DNA of 64,000 bases from Parcubacteria group bacterium Gr01-1014_8 (GTDB taxonomy: Bacteria > Patescibacteriota > Minisyncoccia > Phycocordibacterales > UBA2100), in the NCBI GenBank assembly GCA_007376385.1, contig VMGC01000001.1:320001-384000 (forward strand). Direction: 5' to 3'. The notes below the pieces were generated by a model. It was not told the origin of the DNA and did no database searches. It saw only the letters and a list, made by a program, of their open reading frames with translations. Positions 1 through 8,667 of the stretch are shown here, piece after piece; position 1 is the stretch's first letter; each line of letters starts with the position of its first letter. The position numbers were made by a program, and so were the translations under genes.

Positions 1-749
1 TCGCCTTTGCCGTACCACGCCGCGAATGCGCGGGAATCTTTGGGGAGGCAGTGCCCTCCGAATGAACGGCCATACCGAAGGTAACTGCGGCCGTCAAAAA
101 GAAAGTCGATGACACCTGCAATGCTCGCAAGCTCTTCTTTTGTCGAGGGTCTGCCTATCATATCGCCGAATTCGTTGACGAACGCGATGCGGGTCGCGTT
201 CCACAGATTGGAAAGGTATTTTATGAGCGATGCGTCATGTGGTGTACCCTCGAATGTTTTTCTGGATTTAGAACGCCACATATTGAATATCGATGGTTCG
301 GGTCGTGGATGTGGAAGAGAGCCGATTACAAGAAGATAGGGGTTGACGCACTCATCGACAGCCATTTTCTCGTGCAGAAATTCCGGCACATAGTAATCGA
401 ACTTCAGATTTTTCAATAAATCCGGAAGAATTGTCGAGCGGAGCATCACACCTCCCCGTACACCCGAAAGGGAATTGAGCGCTTTTTGGATGTTGGAGAT
501 ATCCTGGGTGCCGTCTTCGGAAACGCGATCACCAACGCACACTATGTACCACGTGTGTTCGGAATCTTTTTCTTTCAACTCCGGTAATCGCGGAATTGCA
601 TCGTATAGCGCAGTATGTCCGGTGTAATGTCGCGGCGGATTTCCCGGATCGAAATATGACACCTCATATCCGAGTATTTTCATAGCAAGAGCGTTCGCCT
701 GTCCCACCCAGCCGAAACCAACGATGACCATTTTTTCGCTCGTTGACAT
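1..749 (-). CDS. UDP-glucose/GDP-mannose 6-dehydrogenase family protein, N-terminal ~250 aa (C-terminus lies beyond window start)
   Basis: Minus-strand ORF running off the window edge; Met codon at 749..747. Translation starts MSTSEKMVIVGFGWVGQANA (Rossmann GxGxxG). It contains YVPEFLHEKMAVDECVNPYLLVIGS, which resembles the NPEFLREG motif. It also contains FGGHCLPKD, matching the catalytic-Cys motif GGSCFPKD of the UDP-Glc DH family. Confidence 0.7.
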   Translation of the reverse strand, partial: MSTSEKMVIVGFGWVGQANALAMKILGYEVSYFDPGNPPRHYTGHTALYDAIPRLPELKEKDSEHTWYIVCVGDRVSEDGTQDISNIQKALNSLSGVRGGVMLRSTILPDLLKNLKFDYYVPEFLHEKMAVDECVNPYLLVIGSLPHPRPEPSIFNMWRSKSRKTFEGTPHDASLIKYLSNLWNATRIAFVNEFGDMIGRPSTKEELASIAGVIDFLFDGRSYLRYGRSFGGHCLPKDSRAFAAWYGKG

Positions 750-796
750 AGATAAAGACGAATATAGCACGGAAGCCCAATCGACTGTATATTGCC

Positions 797-1618
797 ATGG
801 TCATGAAAAACAAACGGAAGAAGCGCGTTGTTGCGGTCTCTGGCGGATTCGACCCTTTGCACATCGGCCACGTGCGAATGTTTGAGGCGGCGCGAAAGCT
901 CGGCGACAAGCTCGTTGTGATCCTCAACAACGACAATTGGCTGAAGGATAAAAAAGGGTTTGCGTTCATGCCGGAAAAAGAGCGCAAAGAACTCATCGAG
1001 GCGTTGCCGTTTGTCGATCAGGTCGTGGTTACAGACCACAAGAAGGGAGATCCTGATCGTTCTGTCGTGCGTGCGCTCCGACACGTGAAGCCCCATATAT
1101 TCGCCAACGGCGGGGATCGTGACACAAGAGATGCGAAGAAAAAGACATCCTCACTGAACGCGGATCAGAATTTTTGCATACAGCATGGCACACGGGTGGT
1201 CTTCAATGTTGGTCGCGGAGGCAAGGTGCAATCGTCTTCGTGGATGATACAAGACGCGGCGAGGCACACGGCGCGTAGCGTTCGCCCATGGGGTGAATTT
1301 TATGGTTGGGATGCCGGGGGAAACTGGTATGTGAAGACGATCTATGTGCGTCCGAACAAAAGACTAAGTCTCCAGTATCATAACAAGCGCAGTGAATCAT
1401 GGATGCTTGTTTCAGGGGATGCAACCGCGACAATCGGCAAGAAAGGCGAAAAATTAACCCGTGTGAAGCTGAAGAGGGGCGAGGCGTTCACTGTTCCGAA
1501 GGGTTACGTTCATCGACTCGAATCAAAAAAAGGCGGTACGCTCGTTGAGATAGCGCTTGGAAGTTCGTTCAATGAGAAGGATATCGTGCGATTGCAGGAC
1601 GATTTTAAGCGTTTCTAG
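797..1618 (+). CDS. Bifunctional-looking nucleotidyltransferase (cytidylyltransferase-like, HxGH) fused to type-II phosphomannose-isomerase-like cupin domain
   Basis: N-terminus VVAVSGGFDPLHIGHVRMFEAARKLGDKLVVILNND has the HIGH nucleotidyltransferase signature (glycerol-3-P cytidylyltransferase / RfaE domain II-like). C-terminus KRLSLQYHNKRSESWMLVSGDATATIG...VPKGYVHRLE matches the SLQxHxxRxEHW cupin of GDP-mannose pyrophosphorylase/PMI type II. Confidence 0.6.
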   Translation: MVMKNKRKKRVVAVSGGFDPLHIGHVRMFEAARKLGDKLVVILNNDNWLKDKKGFAFMPEKERKELIEALPFVDQVVVTDHKKGDPDRSVVRALRHVKPHIFANGGDRDTRDAKKKTSSLNADQNFCIQHGTRVVFNVGRGGKVQSSSWMIQDAARHTARSVRPWGEFYGWDAGGNWYVKTIYVRPNKRLSLQYHNKRSESWMLVSGDATATIGKKGEKLTRVKLKRGEAFTVPKGYVHRLESKKGGTLVEIALGSSFNEKDIVRLQDDFKRF

Positions 1619-1627
1619 CGTGCTACG

Positions 1628-2059
1628 ATGCGCGAGAGTATGCAGTCACTCGTTGATTTCGTTCGCCAGCTCTACGCATCGCACGGCCGTATTGTTCGTT
1701 TTTTAGTGTCGGGCGGAACAGGGGCGACTACCAATTTTCTGACGCTCTTCATTCTGACAGAATATGCGGGAGTGTGGTATTTGCTTTCAGCCAGTATCGC
1801 GCTTGCAGTTGGATTTACCATGAGTTTTATCCTGCAGAAATTCTGGACGTTTGAGAACAGCTCGCTCGCGAGAGTGCACATTCAGGTGCCATTACACGTT
1901 ACACTCGGGCTTACTAACCTCGTTCTGAACACCATTGCTCTGTATATCCTCGTTGAATGGTTTGGACTCTGGTATATGCTGGGCCAACTTATTGCGGGCG
2001 TATTTCTCGCGTGCCTCAATTACTATACGTACCGGACGCATATTTTTAAGCCCGAATGA
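1628..2059 (+). CDS. GtrA-family membrane protein (polyprenyl-phosphate-sugar flippase-like)
   Basis: 143 aa with 4 predicted TM helices. Motifs RFLVSGGTGATTNFLTLFIL and ILQKFWTF are typical of GtrA (pfam04138). Overlaps the downstream GT2 gene by 4 nt (ATGA). Confidence 0.8.
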   Translation: MRESMQSLVDFVRQLYASHGRIVRFLVSGGTGATTNFLTLFILTEYAGVWYLLSASIALAVGFTMSFILQKFWTFENSSLARVHIQVPLHVTLGLTNLVLNTIALYILVEWFGLWYMLGQLIAGVFLACLNYYTYRTHIFKPE

Positions 2060-2739
2060 GATTATCCATTATCATACCGGCGTATAACGAGGCGAGAACA
2101 ATCGGCACGCTTATTGAGCGCGTACAGAGTGTTCAATTGGAAGGATACGAAAAGGAAATCATCGTCGTGGATGATGGCTCTAAGGATGAGACGAGTGCTA
2201 TTGCAAAACGCTCAGGCGTTATTGTTGTTGTCCATCCGAAAAATCGCGGCAAAGGTGCGGCTGTGCGGACAGGCTTTGAAAAAGCGACAGGGAAGTATGT
2301 TGTCGTTCAGGACGCAGACTTAGAGTATGACCCGAATGATTTTCGAGCGATGCTCCGGTGTGCGAAGGAAAAGGGGGCGCAGGTGATATACGGCTCAAGG
2401 CGTTTGCCGCGAGCCAACGAGAAACCAAATCGAGGAGCCTGGTATTTTTATGCAGGTGGACTTCTTCTCACGATTCTCACGAACATTCTCTATCGAACGC
2501 GAATCACCGATGAGCCGACATGTTACAAAATGATCCACCGAGATGTTTTAAAAAAGATCCGGCTTACTGCTGAAGGGTTCGAATTTTGTCCCGAAATTAC
2601 GGCGAAAATCGCACGACTCGGAATCCCTATTTATGAGGTGCCCATCAGCTACGCTCCTCGCTCGGTCGCTGAAGGAAAAAAGATCCGATTACGCGATTGG
2701 TTCATCGCGGTCTGGACGCTTTTGAAAAATAGACTGTAG
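2056..2739 (+). CDS. GT2-family glycosyltransferase (polyprenyl-phosphate sugar transferase, GtrB/DPM1-like)
   Basis: MRLSIIIPAYNEARTI...IIVVDDGSKDET...VVVQDADLEYDP (DxD) is classic GT2. Confidence 0.85.
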   Translation: MRLSIIIPAYNEARTIGTLIERVQSVQLEGYEKEIIVVDDGSKDETSAIAKRSGVIVVVHPKNRGKGAAVRTGFEKATGKYVVVQDADLEYDPNDFRAMLRCAKEKGAQVIYGSRRLPRANEKPNRGAWYFYAGGLLLTILTNILYRTRITDEPTCYKMIHRDVLKKIRLTAEGFEFCPEITAKIARLGIPIYEVPISYAPRSVAEGKKIRLRDWFIAVWTLLKNRL

Positions 2740-4053
2740 CGCGAATATCGTGAACACGAATATGAACGGGTCAATGGGCACGCGAAAGCGACCGTTTACC
2801 GCAAGTCCTATCACGATAGTTGTGGCGGCAAAGTATCCAACGAGTCCCGCGACAAACAGTAACTTAGGGGAAATACCGTTGATGAAGGTGTAACGAGTGA
2901 CTCCATAGGCAGAGAGGAGTGCTGTGATTATCCAAAACAATCTTCCGATGAGCACGAACGCCTCCGGTCTTTGCATGAGTGTGAGCGCGAAGCGCATAGC
3001 CTCGATGGGTCTGGTGAGCAGTGTTGAGATTGGCGGATGTTCAAAAGACATACGGATATCAGATCTATCCAGAATCGTTGCGTACGTGTCGTGCGTAAAG
3101 AATGCAAATATCGTCATGCCTGCCGACATCGCAAAACCTTTTTTGTGTTTTTTTAGTTCAGCAACCGCACGTTCTTTGAACACAACCGCGTTCCCGAGGT
3201 TGATGTCTTCTATGCTCCCTACATTCTCGCGCTCGAAGAATTCTTCAGCCGCCTCTTCATAGGTAATTCCTTTTTCGAAAGCTATCGTGGAGGGTACAAG
3301 ATATGCATACAGGTTGCTCACCGGCTGTACGACAAGGCTTGTTGTTCCAAACGTCGTGTAATTTCTATACATCCACGGGGAGAGAATGAGCACAAAGATT
3401 GAGGCAAAAAGAGCAGATTGAAACACGAGCGGCTTCCAGTTCTTGCCGTGTATGAGGATGAGAAGAGGGATCAAGAGAATAGGCGCGTATTGCATGGTTG
3501 GCTTGATGAGCGTTGCAATGCCCAGAAGAAGCGATGCCGTTGCAAGAGTCCAGAGCTTTTGCTGGTCGAAAAAACGAATAAGCAGCCACACGGAGGGAAA
3601 AAATAGGAACAGGAACAGTGTTTCAGTCATGACTGTGCCGGTCAAATATGCAGTAAGCGGCTCAACAGCAGAGAGGACGCCAACGATGATGCTTGCGCGC
3701 GGTGTTAAGAATTCCCGTGCGATACGCCACGCGAATATCGTGCTGATGCTTCCTAAGAGTATTTGGAGAAAGAAGATCGGTTCATAATTTCCGAATAACA
3801 GTGCGATGCCTGCGAGCAGGTATGGGTACAGAGGTGTTCGTACTGAGTCTGGAACAAAAGGAGCCTCACTGCTCCTGGTAAAACCGTTACCAGCGAGAAT
3901 GTTTTCGCTGAGTTCATAGTAACCGTCAAATGCAACAGCTTCAGGGGAAAAATGTCCTTCATCGAATATGGAAAAAGGGAGGAATGAGATGCGCACTGCA
4001 AGTGCGATCAAGAATATGATGAGAGGAATTTTCCAGTTGCCGGCAAATTGCAC
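2689..4053 (-). CDS. Polytopic membrane protein, putative GT-C-fold glycosyltransferase (ArnT/PMT-like)
   Basis: 454 aa with about 11 hydrophobic helices. Positioned between two GtrA+GT2 pairs, which is the canonical three-component lipid-linked glycosylation arrangement. N-terminal region resembles ArnT/PMT_2 topology. Function not proven by motif. Confidence 0.5.
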   Translation of the reverse strand: MQFAGNWKIPLIIFLIALAVRISFLPFSIFDEGHFSPEAVAFDGYYELSENILAGNGFTRSSEAPFVPDSVRTPLYPYLLAGIALLFGNYEPIFFLQILLGSISTIFAWRIAREFLTPRASIIVGVLSAVEPLTAYLTGTVMTETLFLFLFFPSVWLLIRFFDQQKLWTLATASLLLGIATLIKPTMQYAPILLIPLLILIHGKNWKPLVFQSALFASIFVLILSPWMYRNYTTFGTTSLVVQPVSNLYAYLVPSTIAFEKGITYEEAAEEFFERENVGSIEDINLGNAVVFKERAVAELKKHKKGFAMSAGMTIFAFFTHDTYATILDRSDIRMSFEHPPISTLLTRPIEAMRFALTLMQRPEAFVLIGRLFWIITALLSAYGVTRYTFINGISPKLLFVAGLVGYFAATTIVIGLAVNGRFRVPIDPFIFVFTIFALQSIFQKRPDRDEPIA

Positions 4054-4096
4054 ACCGCAATCGTAGCATAGCCGCTAAGGGTGCTAGCATGGGGCA

Positions 4097-4510
4097 ATGT
4101 CTTGGCTCATGTCATATATACGAACACATTTTCTTCAGCTTGTTCGTTTCGGCATATCCGGCAGTGTAGCCGCTCTTTCGGGCATCATAAGTTTGTATGT
4201 GCTCACGGACATCGTTGGAATCTGGTATGTAGCCTCCAGCGTTTTAGCGTTCTTCATAACGTTCATTATTGTATTCATTCTTCAAAAATTCTGGACGTTC
4301 AAGGAGACAAGCGTGAGTACGATTCCTCGGCAAACAGCTCAAAATTTTGCGCTCAGTATTTTCAATCTGTTTTTCAACACTGCGCTTATCTATGTGCTCG
4401 TGGATATAGCTGACCTCAACCATATACTCGCACAAGCACTCATTTACGGTCTCATTGGTGCGATAGATTTTTTCGTGTATAAGTATTGGATATTCCGCTT
4501 TGCGGACTAA
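4097..4510 (+). CDS. GtrA-family membrane protein (second copy)
   Basis: VRFGISGSVAALSGIISLYVLT...ILQKFWTFKETS, the same GtrA signature as 1628..2059. Confidence 0.8.
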   Translation: MSWLMSYIRTHFLQLVRFGISGSVAALSGIISLYVLTDIVGIWYVASSVLAFFITFIIVFILQKFWTFKETSVSTIPRQTAQNFALSIFNLFFNTALIYVLVDIADLNHILAQALIYGLIGAIDFFVYKYWIFRFAD

Positions 4511-5465
4511 CTGTATGGGCAAACCGAGAGTCTCCCTCATTGTTCCCGTGTATAACGAAGCCCTTTCGCTGCCATTGGTACATGCAGCAATTAAGGAATT
4601 GTACAAAGACTATGAAGATATGGAGACCATCTTCGTAAACGATGGTTCCAGAGACAATAGTATTGAGGTTCTGAAGAAGATTGCCGAGGGAGACAAGCGT
4701 GTCAAAGTTGTGTCGTTTTCGACGAACTATGGGCAGACTGCCGCCATCCTCGGCGGAATAGATCACGCACTGGGGGATATCATCATCCCGATGGATAGCG
4801 ATTTGGAAAATGACCCGCGAGATATTCCCAAGCTCGTTGCAGAGTTGGAAAAGGGATATGACGTTGTTTCGGGGTGGCGGCAAGATCGCTGGGGCGGCAG
4901 TTTCTTTTCGCGCAAATTGCCTTCAATCGCTGCCAACTGGCTCATTTCAGTGATAACCGGCGTCCATCTGCACGATTACGGCTGTACCTTAAAGGCATAC
5001 AGAAAAGAGGTCATCAAAGGAGTGCCGCTGTATGGCGAAATGCATCGATTCATTCCGGCATACGCCTCCTGGCAAGGAGCAAAAGTAACGGAAGTGCCTG
5101 TCCGGTATTCACCGCGCAAATTCGGCAAAAGCAATTATGGTTTCTCGCGCATACTGCGGGTTCTCCTCGACCTTCTATTGGTTCGCTTTCTCGATAGATA
5201 CATGGATAGACCGATACACTTTTTTGGAGGTCTAGGCATTTTTCTCTTCCTGCTGGGAGGGCTTGCAGGCTCGGCGGCCATCTTTTTGCGTATCTTTTAC
5301 GATTTACACATGGTACAGACGCCGCTTCCGACGCTCACAGCACTTCTTCTCATTATGGGTATGAATCTCATCATGATGGGAGTTCTCAGTGAAATGCAGA
5401 TGCGCACCTACTATGAGGCAAAAAAAGAGCGACCATATCGCATTCGAGAAACTATGAATATCTAA
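4500..5465 (+). CDS. GT2-family glycosyltransferase with C-terminal TM helices (polyprenyl-phosphate glycosyltransferase, ArnC/GtrB-like)
   Basis: VSLIVPVYNEALSL...VNDGSRDNS...IIPMDSDLENDP, followed by two C-terminal hydrophobic helices. Confidence 0.85.
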   Translation: MRTNCMGKPRVSLIVPVYNEALSLPLVHAAIKELYKDYEDMETIFVNDGSRDNSIEVLKKIAEGDKRVKVVSFSTNYGQTAAILGGIDHALGDIIIPMDSDLENDPRDIPKLVAELEKGYDVVSGWRQDRWGGSFFSRKLPSIAANWLISVITGVHLHDYGCTLKAYRKEVIKGVPLYGEMHRFIPAYASWQGAKVTEVPVRYSPRKFGKSNYGFSRILRVLLDLLLVRFLDRYMDRPIHFFGGLGIFLFLLGGLAGSAAIFLRIFYDLHMVQTPLPTLTALLLIMGMNLIMMGVLSEMQMRTYYEAKKERPYRIRETMNI

Positions 5466-5466
5466 C

Positions 5467-7320
5467 ATGTGCGGCATCGCGGGGTACGTGGGGAATGGGA
5501 CGCGAAAAGAACTCGATGCGATGTTGAAGGCGCTCGAGCATCGGGGTCCGGATGATTCCGGCATTCATATACGGGAAGATGTAGGATTTGGGCACAGGCG
5601 CCTCTCTATTATCGATACCAGTATGCGCGGTCACCAGCCCATGCTCTCGGCTGATAAGCGCGTCGTCATAATTCTGAATGGAGAGATATATAACTATCGA
5701 GAGCTGCAGAGGTCTATCAAGAACGCAGGAAGGCAGTTGATGAGCGATTCGGATACGGAAGTTCTTCTCCATTTATATGCGATGCACGGTGAGGATATGC
5801 TTCGCGACGTCGTGGGCATGTTCGCGTTCGCGCTCTATGACGAGAAGAATAAAAAGCTTATTCTTGCGAGGGACAGGATGGGTGAGAAGCCTCTTTACTG
5901 GAAACAAGACAAAGGTTGTTTGCGTTTTGCGTCTGAATTAAAAGGTCTGCTTGCTTCCGGTATAGAGAAGCGATTGAATGTAGAAGCACTGCAGCAGTAC
6001 CTATTATTTGATTTCGTGCCGACCCCGCTGTGCATAATAGAAGGTGTCAACAAACTTGAGGCCGGGACGATGCTCATTCTTGAACGAGGCACGGTATTCA
6101 TGCGTCCATTTTGGCAGCCGAAGGGGGAGAGCGATATCAGCGAAGACGATGCAGTAAAAAGACTTGATGTGCTTCTCCAAAAAAGCGTATCGCGCCAGCT
6201 CGTCGCAGATGTTCCGCTCGGGGTCTTTTTAAGCGGTGGATTGGACAGTTCGACAGTCGCGTACTATGCAAAACATGCCGTGCATTCGATTGACACTTTT
6301 TCAATCGGCTTTGATGACCCATCGTTCGATGAATCCGAGTATGCGAGAGAAGTTGCGAAGTTTCTTGGTACGAGACATCACGATAGAATAGTTTCCAGCG
6401 CTGATGCACTTGAGCTTGTGTCGAGCATAGCGGATGTATTCAGCGAGCCGGTGGCGGATGCCTCCGTGATTCCCACGATGCTTCTCTCGAAATTTGCACG
6501 TAGGTCAGTGACCGTCGCTCTCGGTGGGGATGGCAGCGATGAGTTATTCGCCGGGTACGTTACGTTTCAGGCGGATACGTTCTCGAAAATATACAGAATG
6601 ATGCCTGATGTTGTGAAAGACATCGTGGTAAGCGTGCTTGGAAGGATCCCTGCGTCGCACAAGAACTTTCCTCTTTCTTACAACCTCAAGAAATTTGTGG
6701 GCAGCACATCCGAGAACAGCGTGCACAGGCATCTTGAGTGGCTCGGCACATTTGGGAAGGACGCTCGGCGGAAAGTATCCGGCCCGCTTCTTCTCCCTCT
6801 TGTCGAAGATTCCAACGAATTCGCCATTCCCGACAGCCACGCAGACAACTTTGACGGGAGTGAACACAATAAGTTGCTCTTTACATATATGCGCATGTAT
6901 CTCATGGACCAGGTGTTGGTGAAAGTAGATAGAGCAAGCATGCACTATGCACTCGAGACGAGGGCTCCGTTTCTGGATCACACGCTTGTAGATTTTGTTT
7001 TGTCTCTGCCGTACAGCCTTAAGTACCATCGCGGAACGACGAAATATATTCTCAAGCAGCTCATGCGGGACAAATTGCCGCCCTCTATCGTGAATCGAAA
7101 AAAGAAGGGATTTGGCATACCTCTCGCGCGCTGGCTAGCTGGACCGCTTAGGCCCCTCTGCGAAGAACTGCTCTCCAAGCAATCGCTCAAAGAACATGGT
7201 CTTTTCGACGAGCGATACGTCGGTGTTCTGAAAGACATGCATATGCAGGGAAAGAGAGATAATCGCAAAGAGCTCTGGAACCTCATGGTCTTTCAGATGT
7301 GGTATCAGCGCTACATGTGA
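5467..7320 (+). CDS. asnB: Asparagine synthase (glutamine-hydrolysing)
   Basis: N-terminal nucleophile MCGIAGYVG, GHRRLSIID, the PP-loop SGGLDSS, and length 617 aa. Confidence 0.9.
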   Translation: MCGIAGYVGNGTRKELDAMLKALEHRGPDDSGIHIREDVGFGHRRLSIIDTSMRGHQPMLSADKRVVIILNGEIYNYRELQRSIKNAGRQLMSDSDTEVLLHLYAMHGEDMLRDVVGMFAFALYDEKNKKLILARDRMGEKPLYWKQDKGCLRFASELKGLLASGIEKRLNVEALQQYLLFDFVPTPLCIIEGVNKLEAGTMLILERGTVFMRPFWQPKGESDISEDDAVKRLDVLLQKSVSRQLVADVPLGVFLSGGLDSSTVAYYAKHAVHSIDTFSIGFDDPSFDESEYAREVAKFLGTRHHDRIVSSADALELVSSIADVFSEPVADASVIPTMLLSKFARRSVTVALGGDGSDELFAGYVTFQADTFSKIYRMMPDVVKDIVVSVLGRIPASHKNFPLSYNLKKFVGSTSENSVHRHLEWLGTFGKDARRKVSGPLLLPLVEDSNEFAIPDSHADNFDGSEHNKLLFTYMRMYLMDQVLVKVDRASMHYALETRAPFLDHTLVDFVLSLPYSLKYHRGTTKYILKQLMRDKLPPSIVNRKKKGFGIPLARWLAGPLRPLCEELLSKQSLKEHGLFDERYVGVLKDMHMQGKRDNRKELWNLMVFQMWYQRYM

Positions 7321-7401
7321 CCAAGCGGTGTAGAGGGGAAGTACTGAGCGCAGCAGCGTGAATGTGAGGTCAGTAGGCCGAATGTGAGGTAGAATGCCGC
7401 C

Positions 7402-7968
7402 ATGCCAAGAAAGCTTAATGTGGGTTGCGGCGGCGATAAGAAAGAGGGGTATGTAAATTTGGACTGGTTGGAGTTATTAAAACCGGATGTCGTCCACGAC
7501 TTGAATGCATTTCCGTATCCATTTAAGGATGGCTCGTTTGACTTGATCGAGGCGTATCACGCTCTCGAGCATCTAGAAAAACCATTCATGGTCATGAAAG
7601 AGATGCACAGGTTGCTAGCGAAGGGAGGCGTACTCCACGTAAAAGTCCCTCATTTTAGCCGAGGGTTTACACATGCGGAACATGAGCACGGTTTCGATGT
7701 CACATTTCCTCTCTATTTTGACAAGAAGTTTTCAGCACACGGATACTATGGCGTAGATTTTGCACTGCGATCAATGCGTCTTTCATGGCTTGCGTTCTTT
7801 CATTTGATGCCATTCATGGGATATGGTCCGATCCTCATACGGATCCTGCGAGGGGTAAATTCTGTTGTGTCAGGTCTCGCAAACCTATCGCCTGCCCTCG
7901 CGAGCCGCATCTGGTGTTTCTGGGTCGGCGGCTTTGATGAGATCGAATTCAAATTCATTAAGATATGA
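7402..7968 (+). CDS. Class I SAM-dependent methyltransferase
   Basis: LNVGCGGDKKEGYVNLD is the glycine-rich SAM-binding motif I (Methyltransf_11/23-like). Confidence 0.65.
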   Translation: MPRKLNVGCGGDKKEGYVNLDWLELLKPDVVHDLNAFPYPFKDGSFDLIEAYHALEHLEKPFMVMKEMHRLLAKGGVLHVKVPHFSRGFTHAEHEHGFDVTFPLYFDKKFSAHGYYGVDFALRSMRLSWLAFFHLMPFMGYGPILIRILRGVNSVVSGLANLSPALASRIWCFWVGGFDEIEFKFIKI

Positions 7969-8663
7969 GTGAAAAGGCTGCACTCTTTGATGTGCGGTAT
8001 TTTTTCAAACGGTGGCCGAATTTCTATTACGCCGTTGCGTACGTGTTCGGTCCGGTTCTCTTTACTGGTCTTGGTGCAAAAAAATTCTTGCGGAGATATC
8101 CGACCACTGGCTCCATTCTGAATCTAGGCAGCGGTCCGCGTATTCTGGGGAGTGGAGTAACGAACGTCGATATTGAATCGTACCCCGGTGTTTCTATACT
8201 AGCCGACGTCTGCGCGGTACCTTTGCCTGATGGAAGCGTATCGAGAATTGTCTCCGATAATGTCCTCGAACATGTTAAAGACCCGATCGCTGCCGTAAAG
8301 GAGATGGAACGATTATTAGAGTCCAACGGTCTTGCATACGTGTGCATCCCTTTCTTGTATCCGTTCCATTTTTCGCCGTATGATTATCAGCGGTGGACTG
8401 TGGGAGGATATCGAGAGCTATTCAAAAACTTTGAGATCATTGAGGTGGGCGTTCGCTCAGGTCCTTTTTCGGCGCTGTGTGCATTCCTTTGTCATTTTAC
8501 CGGCACTCTTTTTTCCTTCGGTACACCCACACTCAATTCTCTCATTACGAATGTGAGTATGTTCATCTTCTTTCCAATAAAGTATCTCGACATCGTGTTC
8601 GCGCATATACCCGAGGCGCACGCCGTTGCCGCCGTTCTGTACTGCGTTGTTCGCAAACGTTAG
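7965..8663 (+). CDS. Class I SAM-dependent methyltransferase (second, overlapping by ATGA)
   Basis: ILNLGSGPRILGSGVTNVDI...DNVLEHVKDP is the Methyltransf_11 pattern. Confidence 0.65.
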   Translation: MSEKAALFDVRYFFKRWPNFYYAVAYVFGPVLFTGLGAKKFLRRYPTTGSILNLGSGPRILGSGVTNVDIESYPGVSILADVCAVPLPDGSVSRIVSDNVLEHVKDPIAAVKEMERLLESNGLAYVCIPFLYPFHFSPYDYQRWTVGGYRELFKNFEIIEVGVRSGPFSALCAFLCHFTGTLFSFGTPTLNSLITNVSMFIFFPIKYLDIVFAHIPEAHAVAAVLYCVVRKR

Positions 8664-8667
8664 GCAT

